Shown here: one piece after another, positions 48,047-55,561 of the stretch
Position numbering within the stretch: the first letter of the stretch is position 1
Layout: every line of letters starts with the position of its first letter
Source: a virus
Taxonomy: Duplodnaviria; Caudoviricetes
Virus record (IMG/VR): IMGVR_UViG_3300037067_004487
Span: 697 to 64,696 of that record
DNA length: 64,000 nt
Strand: one strand, 5' to 3'
Program-made: the position numbers and the translations under genes
Notes under the pieces: generated by a model
Told to the model about the DNA's origin: nothing
Databases searched by the model: none
Seen by the model: the letters and a program-made list of their open reading frames with translations, nothing else

Positions 48047-48365
48047 CGACGACGTGCTGCCGGATCACACCATGCGCAACGACGACACCTACAAGACCTA
48101 CGTGGCCAACGAGCTGCGGCGCCACGACGCGCGTCTTGATGCGATGGCCGCCAGGATCGCGCTGATCGAACGCGACCAGACGGAAATCAAGACGCTGGTG
48201 AAAGACGTGGCCAAGAACACGGGCGAGATGCTGGAGGTGTTCGAGAGCTGGCGCGGCGCGATGCGGGCGCTGGAGTGGATCGGGCGCGCGGCCAAGCCCA
48301 TCGTCTACATCGTGGGTCTGATCGGCGGCGCGGTGGTGTGGATCAAGACCGGGGGGATGAAGTGA
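48039..48365 (+). CDS. Coiled-coil membrane protein (holin/antiholin-like)
   Basis: Coiled coil plus C-terminal TM (PIVYIVGLIGGAVVWI). Confidence 0.6.
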   Translation: MTDDDVLPDHTMRNDDTYKTYVANELRRHDARLDAMAARIALIERDQTEIKTLVKDVAKNTGEMLEVFESWRGAMRALEWIGRAAKPIVYIVGLIGGAVVWIKTGGMK

Positions 48366-48601
48366 TGAAGCCGCTGCAGAACTGGCGCCAAGTGCTCAAG
48401 CAGGCGTGGAGCGTGCGCCTGATCGCGCTCACGGTGCTGCTGCTTGTGCTCGATCTCGGGGCCATTGTGCTTGAGGTCGTTGGCATGCTGGCGGACCGTC
48501 CTGGGTGGTCGATTGCGCTGAGGTCGCTGGCCGCCCTGTGCGGCGTGGCCGCGTTCGTGGCGCGCTTCATTGCGCAAAAAGGTTTATCACTGAAGGAGTA
48601 G
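48365..48601 (+). CDS. Holin (2 TM)
   Basis: NWRQVLKQAWSVRL plus two hydrophobic segments; TGATG coupling. Confidence 0.7.
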   Translation: MKPLQNWRQVLKQAWSVRLIALTVLLLVLDLGAIVLEVVGMLADRPGWSIALRSLAALCGVAAFVARFIAQKGLSLKE

Positions 48602-48604
48602 ACG

Positions 48605-48892
48605 ATGGGAATGAACTTTGGGCAAGCAGTTGAGGCTCTGAAGGCGGGCAGGCGAGTCTCGCGCGAAGGCTGGAACGGTCGCGGCATGTGGCTGGTGCTG
48701 GTGCCGGGGCAGAAGTCAGTGACGCTCAAGCCGGGCAGCGCCTACGAGACCGCGCTGAAGCAGGACGCCTGCGAAATCCTCCCGCACATTGACATGTGGA
48801 CGGTGAACGCCGAAGGACGCCGCGCCATGCTACCGGGCTGGGTGGCGTCGCAGTCGGACATCCTCGGTGAAGACTGGGTGGTGTTGGAGTAA
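48605..48892 (+). CDS. DUF2829 / Tad2-like signalling-molecule sponge
   Basis: MNFGQAVEALKAGRRVSREGWNGRGMW..GWVASQSDILGEDW. Confidence 0.85.
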   Translation: MGMNFGQAVEALKAGRRVSREGWNGRGMWLVLVPGQKSVTLKPGSAYETALKQDACEILPHIDMWTVNAEGRRAMLPGWVASQSDILGEDWVVLE

Positions 48893-48895
48893 GCA

Positions 48896-49519
48896 GTGCC
48901 CCGCGTCCCCGTCAAGCTCAGCGCCGGAATCTCTGCCCTGCTGATCCTCATCGGCAGCGGCGGGAAGATGGTCTACGACGCGCAGACCACGGCGGAGCTG
49001 ATGCAGCACGAGTACATCCAGGCTGTGGCCGGGGACGCACAGACCAGCGAGGCCGTGAAGGTGGCGATGGTGATGGGCAGCTACTACGAGAGCAGCTACC
49101 GGCACATCGGCACACCCTACATCGATCGCATGGGAAAGGGCCAGCCGCTCACGGTCTGCAACGGCATTACCGGCGCGGGCGTGGTTGCTGGCGTGCGCTA
49201 CGCGCCGCAGGACTGCTACCGCCTGGAGCGCGGGCGCTACCTCGATTACGAGCGCACCCTGCGCCAGGATGTCCCCGCGTGGGCACACCTTGGCGCGCTG
49301 CAGCAGGCCGTGTTCATGGACTTCCTGCACAACAAGGGCGAGGCCAAATGGCGCACCAGCACCATGCGCCGCCTGCTGCTCGCTGGCGACGTTGATGGCG
49401 CCTGCCGCCAGAACGAGCGCTGGACGCGCGGCACTGTGGATGGCGTCAGCACCGTGCTGCCCGGCCTCGTGGCGCGCGCCAATGCCAATACGGATCTTTG
49501 TTTGGAGGGCAACGGATGA
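48896..49519 (+). CDS. GH24 lysozyme, probable SAR endolysin
   Basis: N-terminal hydrophobic segment; E..D..T triad (YES..YID..LTVCNGIT); MDFLHNKG. Confidence 0.88.
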   Translation: MPRVPVKLSAGISALLILIGSGGKMVYDAQTTAELMQHEYIQAVAGDAQTSEAVKVAMVMGSYYESSYRHIGTPYIDRMGKGQPLTVCNGITGAGVVAGVRYAPQDCYRLERGRYLDYERTLRQDVPAWAHLGALQQAVFMDFLHNKGEAKWRTSTMRRLLLAGDVDGACRQNERWTRGTVDGVSTVLPGLVARANANTDLCLEGNG

Positions 49520-49575
49520 ACCCGCTTACCTTTTACCTGCTCGCATTCGTGCCCTGGTGGGCTTGGTGGCTGTGA
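49516..49575 (+). CDS. 19-aa hydrophobic micropeptide (putative)
   Basis: MNPLTFYLLAFVPWWAWWL; ATGA overlap upstream, TGATG overlap downstream. Confidence 0.45.
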   Translation: MNPLTFYLLAFVPWWAWWL

Positions 49576-50096
49576 TGTGGTCGTGGATCAAAGGCGACAT
49601 CGCCACCATCGCCGCCCTCGCCCTCGGCGTGCTGCTGGGCCTGCAGACGTGGCGCCTGCACACCGAGCAGCTCCGCTACAGCACGCTGGAGACACGGGTG
49701 GCGAAGGACAACGCCGCGCGTGCATCTGCTTCATTGAAGCAGATCGAGAAGAACGTGGCGAAGAAAGAAACCCACGCAACCGCATCAACGGAGAACGCCA
49801 GTGAGCTACTTCAAAACCTGGAACGCCGTGCCGCTGCTGCTACTCGGCGTGCTGCTGACGCTGACCGGCTGCGCCTCGACGCCGAGCGCCGAGCCGCCAC
49901 TTATCGTGCAATGTCCGAATCCGGGGGCGCTGACTGCAGCGCTCTCGCGGATCGGACTGCAGCCCTCGACCGAAGTCTTGCAAAAGGCCTCGGCGTGGTC
50001 GCTGAACTCCAAGGAACTGTTGAACGCCGCGATGCCGAAGTCGCAGCCTTGATGAGGCAGATCCAGGCGGACCGGGCGCTGATGTCGGAACCTTGA
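49575..50096 (+). CDS. Rz: i-spanin (Rz-like)
   Basis: N-terminal TM (IAALALGVLLGLQTWRL) plus coiled coil; AADADRLR. Confidence 0.8.
   Translation: MWSWIKGDIATIAALALGVLLGLQTWRLHTEQLRYSTLETRVAKDNAARASASLKQIEKNVAKKETHATASTENASELLQNLERRAAAATRRAADADRLRLDAERRAATYRAMSESGGADCSALADRTAALDRSLAKGLGVVAELQGTVERRDAEVAALMRQIQADRALMSEP
49801..50052 (+). CDS. Rz1: o-spanin lipoprotein (Rz1-like), embedded
   Basis: Lipobox LLTLTGC in an alternative frame inside Rz. Confidence 0.75.
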   Translation: MSYFKTWNAVPLLLLGVLLTLTGCASTPSAEPPLIVQCPNPGALTAALSRIGLQPSTEVLQKASAWSLNSKELLNAAMPKSQP

Positions 50097-50126
50097 GCGA
50101 TGCGTGGCCGAAGTCTGAAAGGTAGC

Positions 50127-50343
50127 TTTTGCGCCAACCGTTGCGCCAACGATGCGCGAAAATCGAATAAAACAGTAGCAAGAAACCCATGGTGCCCGGG
50201 GCCGGACTCGAACCGGCACGCCTTGCGGCGGGGGATTTTGAGTCCCACTACGTTTTTAGCGCTGGCGCGGCTTTACTAGCTGTTTTTCGCGCAAAAAACA
50301 CCCGGTTCCTTCACTCTGTCAGAAAACTTTTGCGCCAACGATT
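50127..50343. other. attP: core 50190-50246 equals the 3' part of tRNA-Leu(CAA), with arm sites
   Basis: Reverse complement GGGACTCAAAATCCCCCGCCGCAAGGCGTGCCGGTTCGAGTCCGGCCCCGGGCACCA; TTGCGCCAAC arm repeats x2 left and x1 right; next to the int 3' end. Confidence 0.88.
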
Positions 50344-51369
50344 TCAACGCACCGCGCGCAGCTTCTGCGCCTTGGTTCGGTAGTGCTTGGCGGTGATGGT
50401 TTTGCTGCTGTGCTGCAGCAGTTTTGACGCTTCATCAACATCTTCTGCGAGGTCTGCCGCGAGACTGCGCATGTCGCGCAGGTACATCCCTCGGATGCGC
50501 TGCCCCATGTCCTTGTCGCCTGCTTTCTCAAACTGGTAGGCTGCGGCATCTCTGGCGGCATCCCAGCGGGTGCGCAGCATCCCCGCAGACACGGCGCGGC
50601 CCGTCTCGGTGCATAGCAGCATGACGCAGTGCGCTTTCATGGCCTCCCGGCGCGTCACCAGCGCTGATAGAACGGGGGACTCGGAGACGACGAATTGCGC
50701 AGGCTTCTTCGTCTTGCTGGCCCGGTGAGTCAGAACACCGTCTGCAGGCATCCGCACCGTCCTCGCGTCGGTGATCCTCATGCCAGTGGCCGAGGCGATG
50801 TCCATGCAGTCCTTCAGGACCTGATCGGCCTGGGCGTACACGGCGGTGAACATGGCTTGCGTGATTTCGTATTCGCGAGCACTCTCGGGATTCTTCCAGC
50901 CCTTCACGTCGGCGGCAGGCCACGGCAGGCGGGTCATTCCCCACAGCAGGGCCTTGCCCCATACGATGCGCAGCAGGGACATTTCGCGGTTGCCCTGGGT
51001 CTTGGCGGTGCGGTGGTCGAGGTAGAAGCGCAGGGCAGGGAGGTCTACTTCGTCCCATGTCATTTGCCCGAAAACAGGGCGGATGGTGCGCAGGTTCTTC
51101 GTGTAGCCCCGTCGAGTCTCCGCACTCTCGTACTTGGGCAGTTCATCCTGCTCGAATCTGTTGAACGCTTCGTCCAGACGGCCCAGTGTCAGCGGGCGCT
51201 TGTTGTGAAGCTGCTCCCACTGCTCGATAGCCTTGTCGTAGTCCTTGCCAAGGCGGATGTCCGTCTTCCCCTCCGGGCGCATGTCGTAGCTGTAGTACAC
51301 ATACGCCTGACCGCCCGCGCCGCGATAGACCTTGGTTCGCAGGCGCGGGTATTTCGTGGCCTTTGGCAT
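50344..51369 (-). CDS. int: Tyrosine integrase
   Basis: TGMRITD (R), YLRDMRSLAA, LLQHSSKTITAKHY. Confidence 0.92.
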   Translation of the reverse strand: MPKATKYPRLRTKVYRGAGGQAYVYYSYDMRPEGKTDIRLGKDYDKAIEQWEQLHNKRPLTLGRLDEAFNRFEQDELPKYESAETRRGYTKNLRTIRPVFGQMTWDEVDLPALRFYLDHRTAKTQGNREMSLLRIVWGKALLWGMTRLPWPAADVKGWKNPESAREYEITQAMFTAVYAQADQVLKDCMDIASATGMRITDARTVRMPADGVLTHRASKTKKPAQFVVSESPVLSALVTRREAMKAHCVMLLCTETGRAVSAGMLRTRWDAARDAAAYQFEKAGDKDMGQRIRGMYLRDMRSLAADLAEDVDEASKLLQHSSKTITAKHYRTKAQKLRAVR

Positions 51370-51379
51370 AGTGGTGCTC

Positions 51380-51586
51380 CTATCGGATGGCGGCGGTGTT
51401 CATTCCATGGCGCGCCAGCGATGGCCTGCCTTCGAGCCAGGCTTGGACGTGCACGCGCGAGACGATGATTCTCGCGCCATCCTGCTTGTGCGGGATGCCA
51501 CGGAACTTGAGCCACGCGGCTTGCTGGGTTGACCTTGCATAACCCGTGAGCTGGTGCAGTTCAGGGCTGCTCAGATACTCGCTCAT
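51380..51586 (-). CDS. xis: Excisionase (DUF4224-like)
   Basis: YLSSPELHQLTGYARSTQQAAWLKFRGIP, directly upstream of int. Confidence 0.8.
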   Translation of the reverse strand: MSEYLSSPELHQLTGYARSTQQAAWLKFRGIPHKQDGARIIVSRVHVQAWLEGRPSLARHGMNTAAIR

Positions 51587-51667
51587 GGTGCTCTCCAAAG
51601 AAAAAGCCCTCGTCGGAGGGTTCTGGATAGGGATCGCGCTTGTCCCTTCGCTGGCGGGCACGGCGGA

Positions 51668-51895
51668 TCATCTCTTCAACCTCCACAAAATCGGCTTCCC
51701 GGAATCGGCGCGGGCGATGAGTCCACGCTGCTCAAGATCGAGCAGAAGGCGCGAGACGAAGGCGGCGTGCTTCCGATCGCTCTCTGCGCCGGGCTGGCGT
51801 CCGATCAATGGCGTGAATTCGGCGTTGAGCATAGTCAAGTTGGTCGCTAGCTCTTTCAGTATGAATTCCTGCTGCTCAGAGAGTAGGATGGTCAT
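51668..51895 (-). CDS. Small wHTH-like protein
   Basis: LLDLEQRGLIARADSGKPILWRL; AAGGAG SD. Confidence 0.55.
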   Translation of the reverse strand: MTILLSEQQEFILKELATNLTMLNAEFTPLIGRQPGAESDRKHAAFVSRLLLDLEQRGLIARADSGKPILWRLKR

Positions 51896-52008
51896 TTATC
51901 GCTCCTTGCGAGGATGGCTGCGGCGTGGTCTCTCGCGGCCTCGTGCAGCGCGCCGTAGTGCTTGGCGCTGCATCCGAGGTATGGAGGGTCTGCGTATGCG
52001 GCTTTCAT
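51892..52008 (-). pseudogene. 38-aa remnant of a DPPY-type DNA methylase N-terminus
   Basis: MKAAYADPPYLGCSAKHYG; GAGG SD; ATGA coupling to the next gene. Confidence 0.55.
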
Positions 52009-52025
52009 GGTTCCTCGTGGTCGCG

Positions 52026-52085
52026 GTCTAACAATTCATCCAAGCCGACGCCGCTACGCGGCGCGGCTTAATTCAGGCGTTGGCC
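52026..52085 (+). other. Integron attC site (aadA-type, 60 bp)
   Basis: GTCTAAC-AATTC-ATCCAAGC-CGACGCCGCTACGCGGCGCG-GCTTAAT-TCAGGC-GTTGGCC: R''/L''/L'/R' layout with the extra L'' base. Confidence 0.85.
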
Positions 52086-52309
52086 GGTAGGTCGTCCGGC
52101 CGCCCGTCGCCGCAGTGCGGGCACCACCAGACGCCGTGTCCAGGCTCTGCCGGGTTATCGCGGTAGTTCTGCGGCCATTCATCTTTCGGCAGCGGCAACG
52201 TGCGCCCGAGCAGCGGATTCCCGTCGCGCCCTTCGTGGGTGTGCGGCCCAATCCCGTAGATCGGGAAGCACGCCGCCCCATCCGGGTCGGTGCAGTATTC
52301 GCAGCTCAT
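52073..52309 (-). CDS. Small Cys-rich protein ending inside attC
   Basis: MSCEYC..WWCPHCG; stop lies within attC. Confidence 0.6.
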   Translation of the reverse strand: MSCEYCTDPDGAACFPIYGIGPHTHEGRDGNPLLGRTLPLPKDEWPQNYRDNPAEPGHGVWWCPHCGDGRPDDLPANA

Positions 52310-52439
52310 TTGCGCATCTCCTCGTGCCAGGAGCGGCGGCGCCCGGTCAGCCAGTCAATCGCCCGCATAGCAAGTCCCGCCACCGCGCCGAGCCACTCCG
52401 CAATTCGTTCCATCTCGTTCTCCTTAGTAGTCACCAGCG

Positions 52440-52772
52440 TCACGCGCGCCGTCGTTTGACAAGCTGATCGAACACATTGCTCGGGTGTTCTACCTTTGCC
52501 TCGCGCTCACCAAGCCACCACACGCCACCCGCGCCGTCTTCGCATAGCTTTCTTGTGGCGACACGCGCCTTGGGGTATCCCTCGCGCTTGAGCCACTTTC
52601 GCAAGCGAGTCCCGAGCGCACTGGCAACTTCGGGCGGGCACTTGATGCGCTGGCCCTGCTGCAGTTTTGAAAACAGGTCGTCGTACTTAGACCCTCCGCG
52701 CGTCAACAAAGCGCCGCTGTAGGGCGTGTTGTCGATTGACATTTCTGATAGGTCGTATTTATCGGGTTGCAT
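52440..52772 (-). CDS. Hypothetical protein
   Basis: GGSKYDDLFSKLQQGQRIKCP; early left operon. Confidence 0.65.
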   Translation of the reverse strand: MQPDKYDLSEMSIDNTPYSGALLTRGGSKYDDLFSKLQQGQRIKCPPEVASALGTRLRKWLKREGYPKARVATRKLCEDGAGGVWWLGEREAKVEHPSNVFDQLVKRRRA

Positions 52773-52989
52773 TCGGTTCCTCTTTGTCTGCTCGCAGGTA
52801 TTTCCACACCTGAAACTGAGCTATCCGCAAGAAGGCCTTTTCGCTGCTGTCTGGCGTGTCGAAAGCGGCTCCGTACCTTCTGCGCGCCCATGCGCAAAAC
52901 GCGGGCCATTCAGGGTGTTTCTGTTCGTCTTCTTCTGCGCCAAATGCGCACTGAGACGGCTCTAGTGCTTGATGGTCTCGGCGGCTCAT
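52759..52989 (-). CDS. Hypothetical protein
   Basis: Overlap-coupled in the early left operon. Confidence 0.5.
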   Translation of the reverse strand: MSRRDHQALEPSQCAFGAEEDEQKHPEWPAFCAWARRRYGAAFDTPDSSEKAFLRIAQFQVWKYLRADKEEPNATR

Positions 52990-53345
52990 AGCGATCTGTT
53001 CCTCACGTCAATCACGGGCTCGGCCTTGGCTCTGGCTGTCTTGATTCGGCTCTTGAGCCGGGCTTCTTCGCGCTTCAGTCCCTCCAGGCGATCCAGCCCA
53101 TCGGACACTTTCTGGCGCACCTGACGATGGTCGTCCCACGCGCTTTGTATGCGACGCACTTCGTGCTTGAGGAAATCGAATGGGTCGAAGACCTTGCCGC
53201 ACCCCGCGCACTTCACGGTTCGGTTGTGCTCATCCAGGCTGATCTTGTCGTGGGCGCAGTAGCCGAACGGCTCACGCTCCACGCTCAGGGTTTGCTCTGG
53301 AATATCTGTGCCGGGGAATTGGCGAATGTTGGTTTCGTCGGTCAT
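52986..53345 (-). CDS. Zn-ribbon/coiled-coil hypothetical protein
   Basis: CAH..VKCAGCGKVFDPFDFL; ATGA coupling. Confidence 0.65.
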   Translation of the reverse strand: MTDETNIRQFPGTDIPEQTLSVEREPFGYCAHDKISLDEHNRTVKCAGCGKVFDPFDFLKHEVRRIQSAWDDHRQVRQKVSDGLDRLEGLKREEARLKSRIKTARAKAEPVIDVRNRSL

Positions 53346-53533
53346 GGTTCGATCTGTTCCTCGTAATCAGCAGCCGTGTGGCACTCGCTGGGGAAATGCA
53401 GGCCCGGCATGCAGCATTCGCCGGGCGGCAGGCAGCATCCAAACTCTGGGGGGCTGCTTTCTTGGCTGTCATCGTCCTCGTAGTCGGTGCATTCGTCGCA
53501 CCCGTTGCAGCCGTTTTCGCATGGGTGGGTCAT
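53342..53533 (-). CDS. Cys-rich microprotein B
   Basis: MTHPCENGCNGCDECTDYED..CCLPPGECCMPGLHFPSECH. Confidence 0.6.
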   Translation of the reverse strand: MTHPCENGCNGCDECTDYEDDDSQESSPPEFGCCLPPGECCMPGLHFPSECHTAADYEEQIEP

Positions 53534-53769
53534 GGCGTGCTCCTTGCGCGGATGGCTGCTGCACAACCCTTTGCTCCCTCTGCCAGTGCAGCGAGTACCG
53601 GATGGTCACTTGATTGTTCGGTTCGGTATTCACACACCTTCGCGCATTCTTCGCGTTCGAATGCTTGCCCAGCCGCATAAGCCGACTCCCAGATTTCCCA
53701 AGAAAGACAGGCCTTTTTACTAGCGCGCGCCCTGGCCGCCCATTGCTCGAAATCTGCTTTCATGCTCAT
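53530..53769 (-). CDS. Hypothetical protein
   Basis: FEREECAKVCE..CAAAIRARS, a common phage early-gene pattern. Confidence 0.6.
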   Translation of the reverse strand: MSMKADFEQWAARARASKKACLSWEIWESAYAAGQAFEREECAKVCEYRTEQSSDHPVLAALAEGAKGCAAAIRARSTP

Positions 53770-54002
53770 GGCATCTGCTCCCCTATGTCGGCAGCATCAT
53801 TCCATTGGGCGCAAATCAACTCAGCGGCTTCGGGGCTGGTGAACTTCGCCCCGGGCTTGCTCTTAAAGCGCAGGACGTTCATGCCCTGGCTGTTCACGAT
53901 GCAGGCGCCGATTGGGTATGTCTCCACGCTGTACGGCGGCACTGCGAAGCCTGGTGTTATGCGGGCGTCGTCCAGCATTCGCGCGCGGTCCAGGTCAGCC
54001 AT
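53766..54002 (-). CDS. Hypothetical protein
   Basis: AAGGAG SD; MADLDRAR..CIVNSQGMNVL. Confidence 0.55.
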   Translation of the reverse strand: MADLDRARMLDDARITPGFAVPPYSVETYPIGACIVNSQGMNVLRFKSKPGAKFTSPEAAELICAQWNDAADIGEQMP

Positions 54003-54162
54003 TGCTGGCTCCTTCAGCGCTGCACTCCGGGCACGGCAGCAAATAGTCACTCCATGGGTCTCTGCCGTCCCCATGGCAACGCGGGCATTCGTGATCTTCA
54101 AAGTCTTCGTAGTCGGTGCAGGCGTCACAGCCGTTGCAACCGTCCTCGCAGGGATCTTTCAT
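53995..54162 (-). CDS. Cys-rich microprotein A (not in ORF track)
   Basis: MKDPCEDGCNGCDACTDYEDFEDHECPRCHGDGRDPWSDYLLPCPEC; ATGA overlap. Confidence 0.6.
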   Translation of the reverse strand: MKDPCEDGCNGCDACTDYEDFEDHECPRCHGDGRDPWSDYLLPCPECSAEGASNG

Positions 54163-55340
54163 GCTGCACCGCCTTCCTTGGCTTGGGCGCGGGCGGCGGC
54201 GTTAATGGCGTCGCGCAATGTGCGGCCATGGACTGCTGTGTCCTCGTACCCATATTCAACCTCCCATCGGATTGGTCCGTTGAACCCTTTGCGGACGCGC
54301 TGGATACGCACGTTTCCGACGCGCTCGATTAGTTCGATCAGCGCATCCCCCTGCGCTACTGGCGCTGGCTGCGGCAAGGTGTCAAGCGCAGCCGGGTAAG
54401 CCCACAAACAGTCCCAAGTCCCGAAGTGCTTGCCTAGTGGGAAATCTGCTTTGAAACTTCCGCCAGTGTGCCTCCCGGTATAAACACGGCCTTCGTGCTT
54501 GAAAAGCACCGGCTCACCAATGTTCGGCAAGTATCGATCCTGCGATTTGTCGCACGGGTTGACCCAGACCGAATGCTCCTGCGCTGCCACTGGTGGCTGG
54601 GGTGCTGTCTTGGCAGGGGTTGCTGGAAATCGTCGAAGCTCAAGCAGGGCGCGGCGCAAGACGTTGACAGGCTCAAATGCGCCACGGTCATTGCCATTGA
54701 CACGAGCGATGAAGTCGTCCACGTCAAACAGCGCTTGGGCGACGGCATCGACATCGACCGGAACCGCCACAGCGGCAGGCGCATGGCTGAGAATGCTGGC
54801 AATGAGCTGCGCCACATTGCAGTCCGCGTAGCCATCATCGGCCACAGCTCCGATCCACTCGGGCGTCGGTCGAACTGGCACCAGCCGCCACCCATCCGGC
54901 ACCGCCACTGCGGCAGGCGCTGCCACCTGATCTACCGAGGACTGCTCGGCAGTTTCCATCACCTTGCCTTCGTTGTAGCCAAGCTCCCATGCGATACCGC
55001 ACACGTCAGTGCACGGGTTCTCGATCTCTTTTCCTGCTGACTGGGCATAGCGGCCCTTTCCAACACCCATCTCATAAGCGGTGGTGATGGCGAGAACATG
55101 GATGCGATCTGGTTTTGATTGCTCGGCAGTTGCCCGCTGCCCGAGCAGCTCCATGATGGAATCAGCCAGTTCTGCAGGCGTGTCGGACTCGCCCACGTCC
55201 GAGAAATCGTCTTCGCTCATCGTGCCCACACTCCATGCAGACCAAACTCGGTCGCAGTGGTAGGTGCCGCTCAGGCGAGCGGCGATGAGGTCGATCAGCT
55301 TCTCGCGCTGGGCAGCGTCATTGATAGTGGTGGTCGTCAT
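54159..55340 (-). CDS. Mosaic Ead/Eaa-like early protein
   Basis: Patchwork with a PAAVAVPDGWRLVPVRPT module; start ATG 55340. Confidence 0.65.
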   Translation of the reverse strand: MTTTTINDAAQREKLIDLIAARLSGTYHCDRVWSAWSVGTMSEDDFSDVGESDTPAELADSIMELLGQRATAEQSKPDRIHVLAITTAYEMGVGKGRYAQSAGKEIENPCTDVCGIAWELGYNEGKVMETAEQSSVDQVAAPAAVAVPDGWRLVPVRPTPEWIGAVADDGYADCNVAQLIASILSHAPAAVAVPVDVDAVAQALFDVDDFIARVNGNDRGAFEPVNVLRRALLELRRFPATPAKTAPQPPVAAQEHSVWVNPCDKSQDRYLPNIGEPVLFKHEGRVYTGRHTGGSFKADFPLGKHFGTWDCLWAYPAALDTLPQPAPVAQGDALIELIERVGNVRIQRVRKGFNGPIRWEVEYGYEDTAVHGRTLRDAINAAARAQAKEGGAA

Positions 55341-55561
55341 TGAAAATCCCATCGAATGCAGTCCGCCGCCACGCAGCGGCCATAGGTCTGCCCCTGAGCC
55401 GTCACCCTGAAATTCAGGCGGCTCTTGCACTTGGGGCAGGCGATGTGCCCGGACACAGGAGCCTCGGGCTTGAATGTGGGGGGCTTGCAGTGCAAGGTGC
55501 GCACCAGGGCAATGGCGCGAGCCGTGGGGTCGCGCAGGGCGAGGTAGGCGGAGGTGGTCAT
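55337..55561 (-). CDS. Small Zn-finger protein
   Basis: CPKCKS..CVAADC; ATG overlaps the stop of the beta frame. Confidence 0.6.
   Translation of the reverse strand: MTTSAYLALRDPTARAIALVRTLHCKPPTFKPEAPVSGHIACPKCKSRLNFRVTAQGQTYGRCVAADCIRWDFQ

Noticed and set aside
50190-50246. Functional tRNA-Leu gene
   Set aside because: The 5' acceptor strand and D-arm are missing; it is the attP core.
51400-52085. Complete integron gene cassette or cassette array
   Set aside because: Only one attC found; no upstream GTTAGAC/TTAGAC start, no plus-strand cassette ORF and no intI.
53766-54128. 120-aa ORF as given in the track
   Set aside because: The 5' part is an alternative frame of Cys-rich microprotein A; the SD-supported start is ATG 54002.
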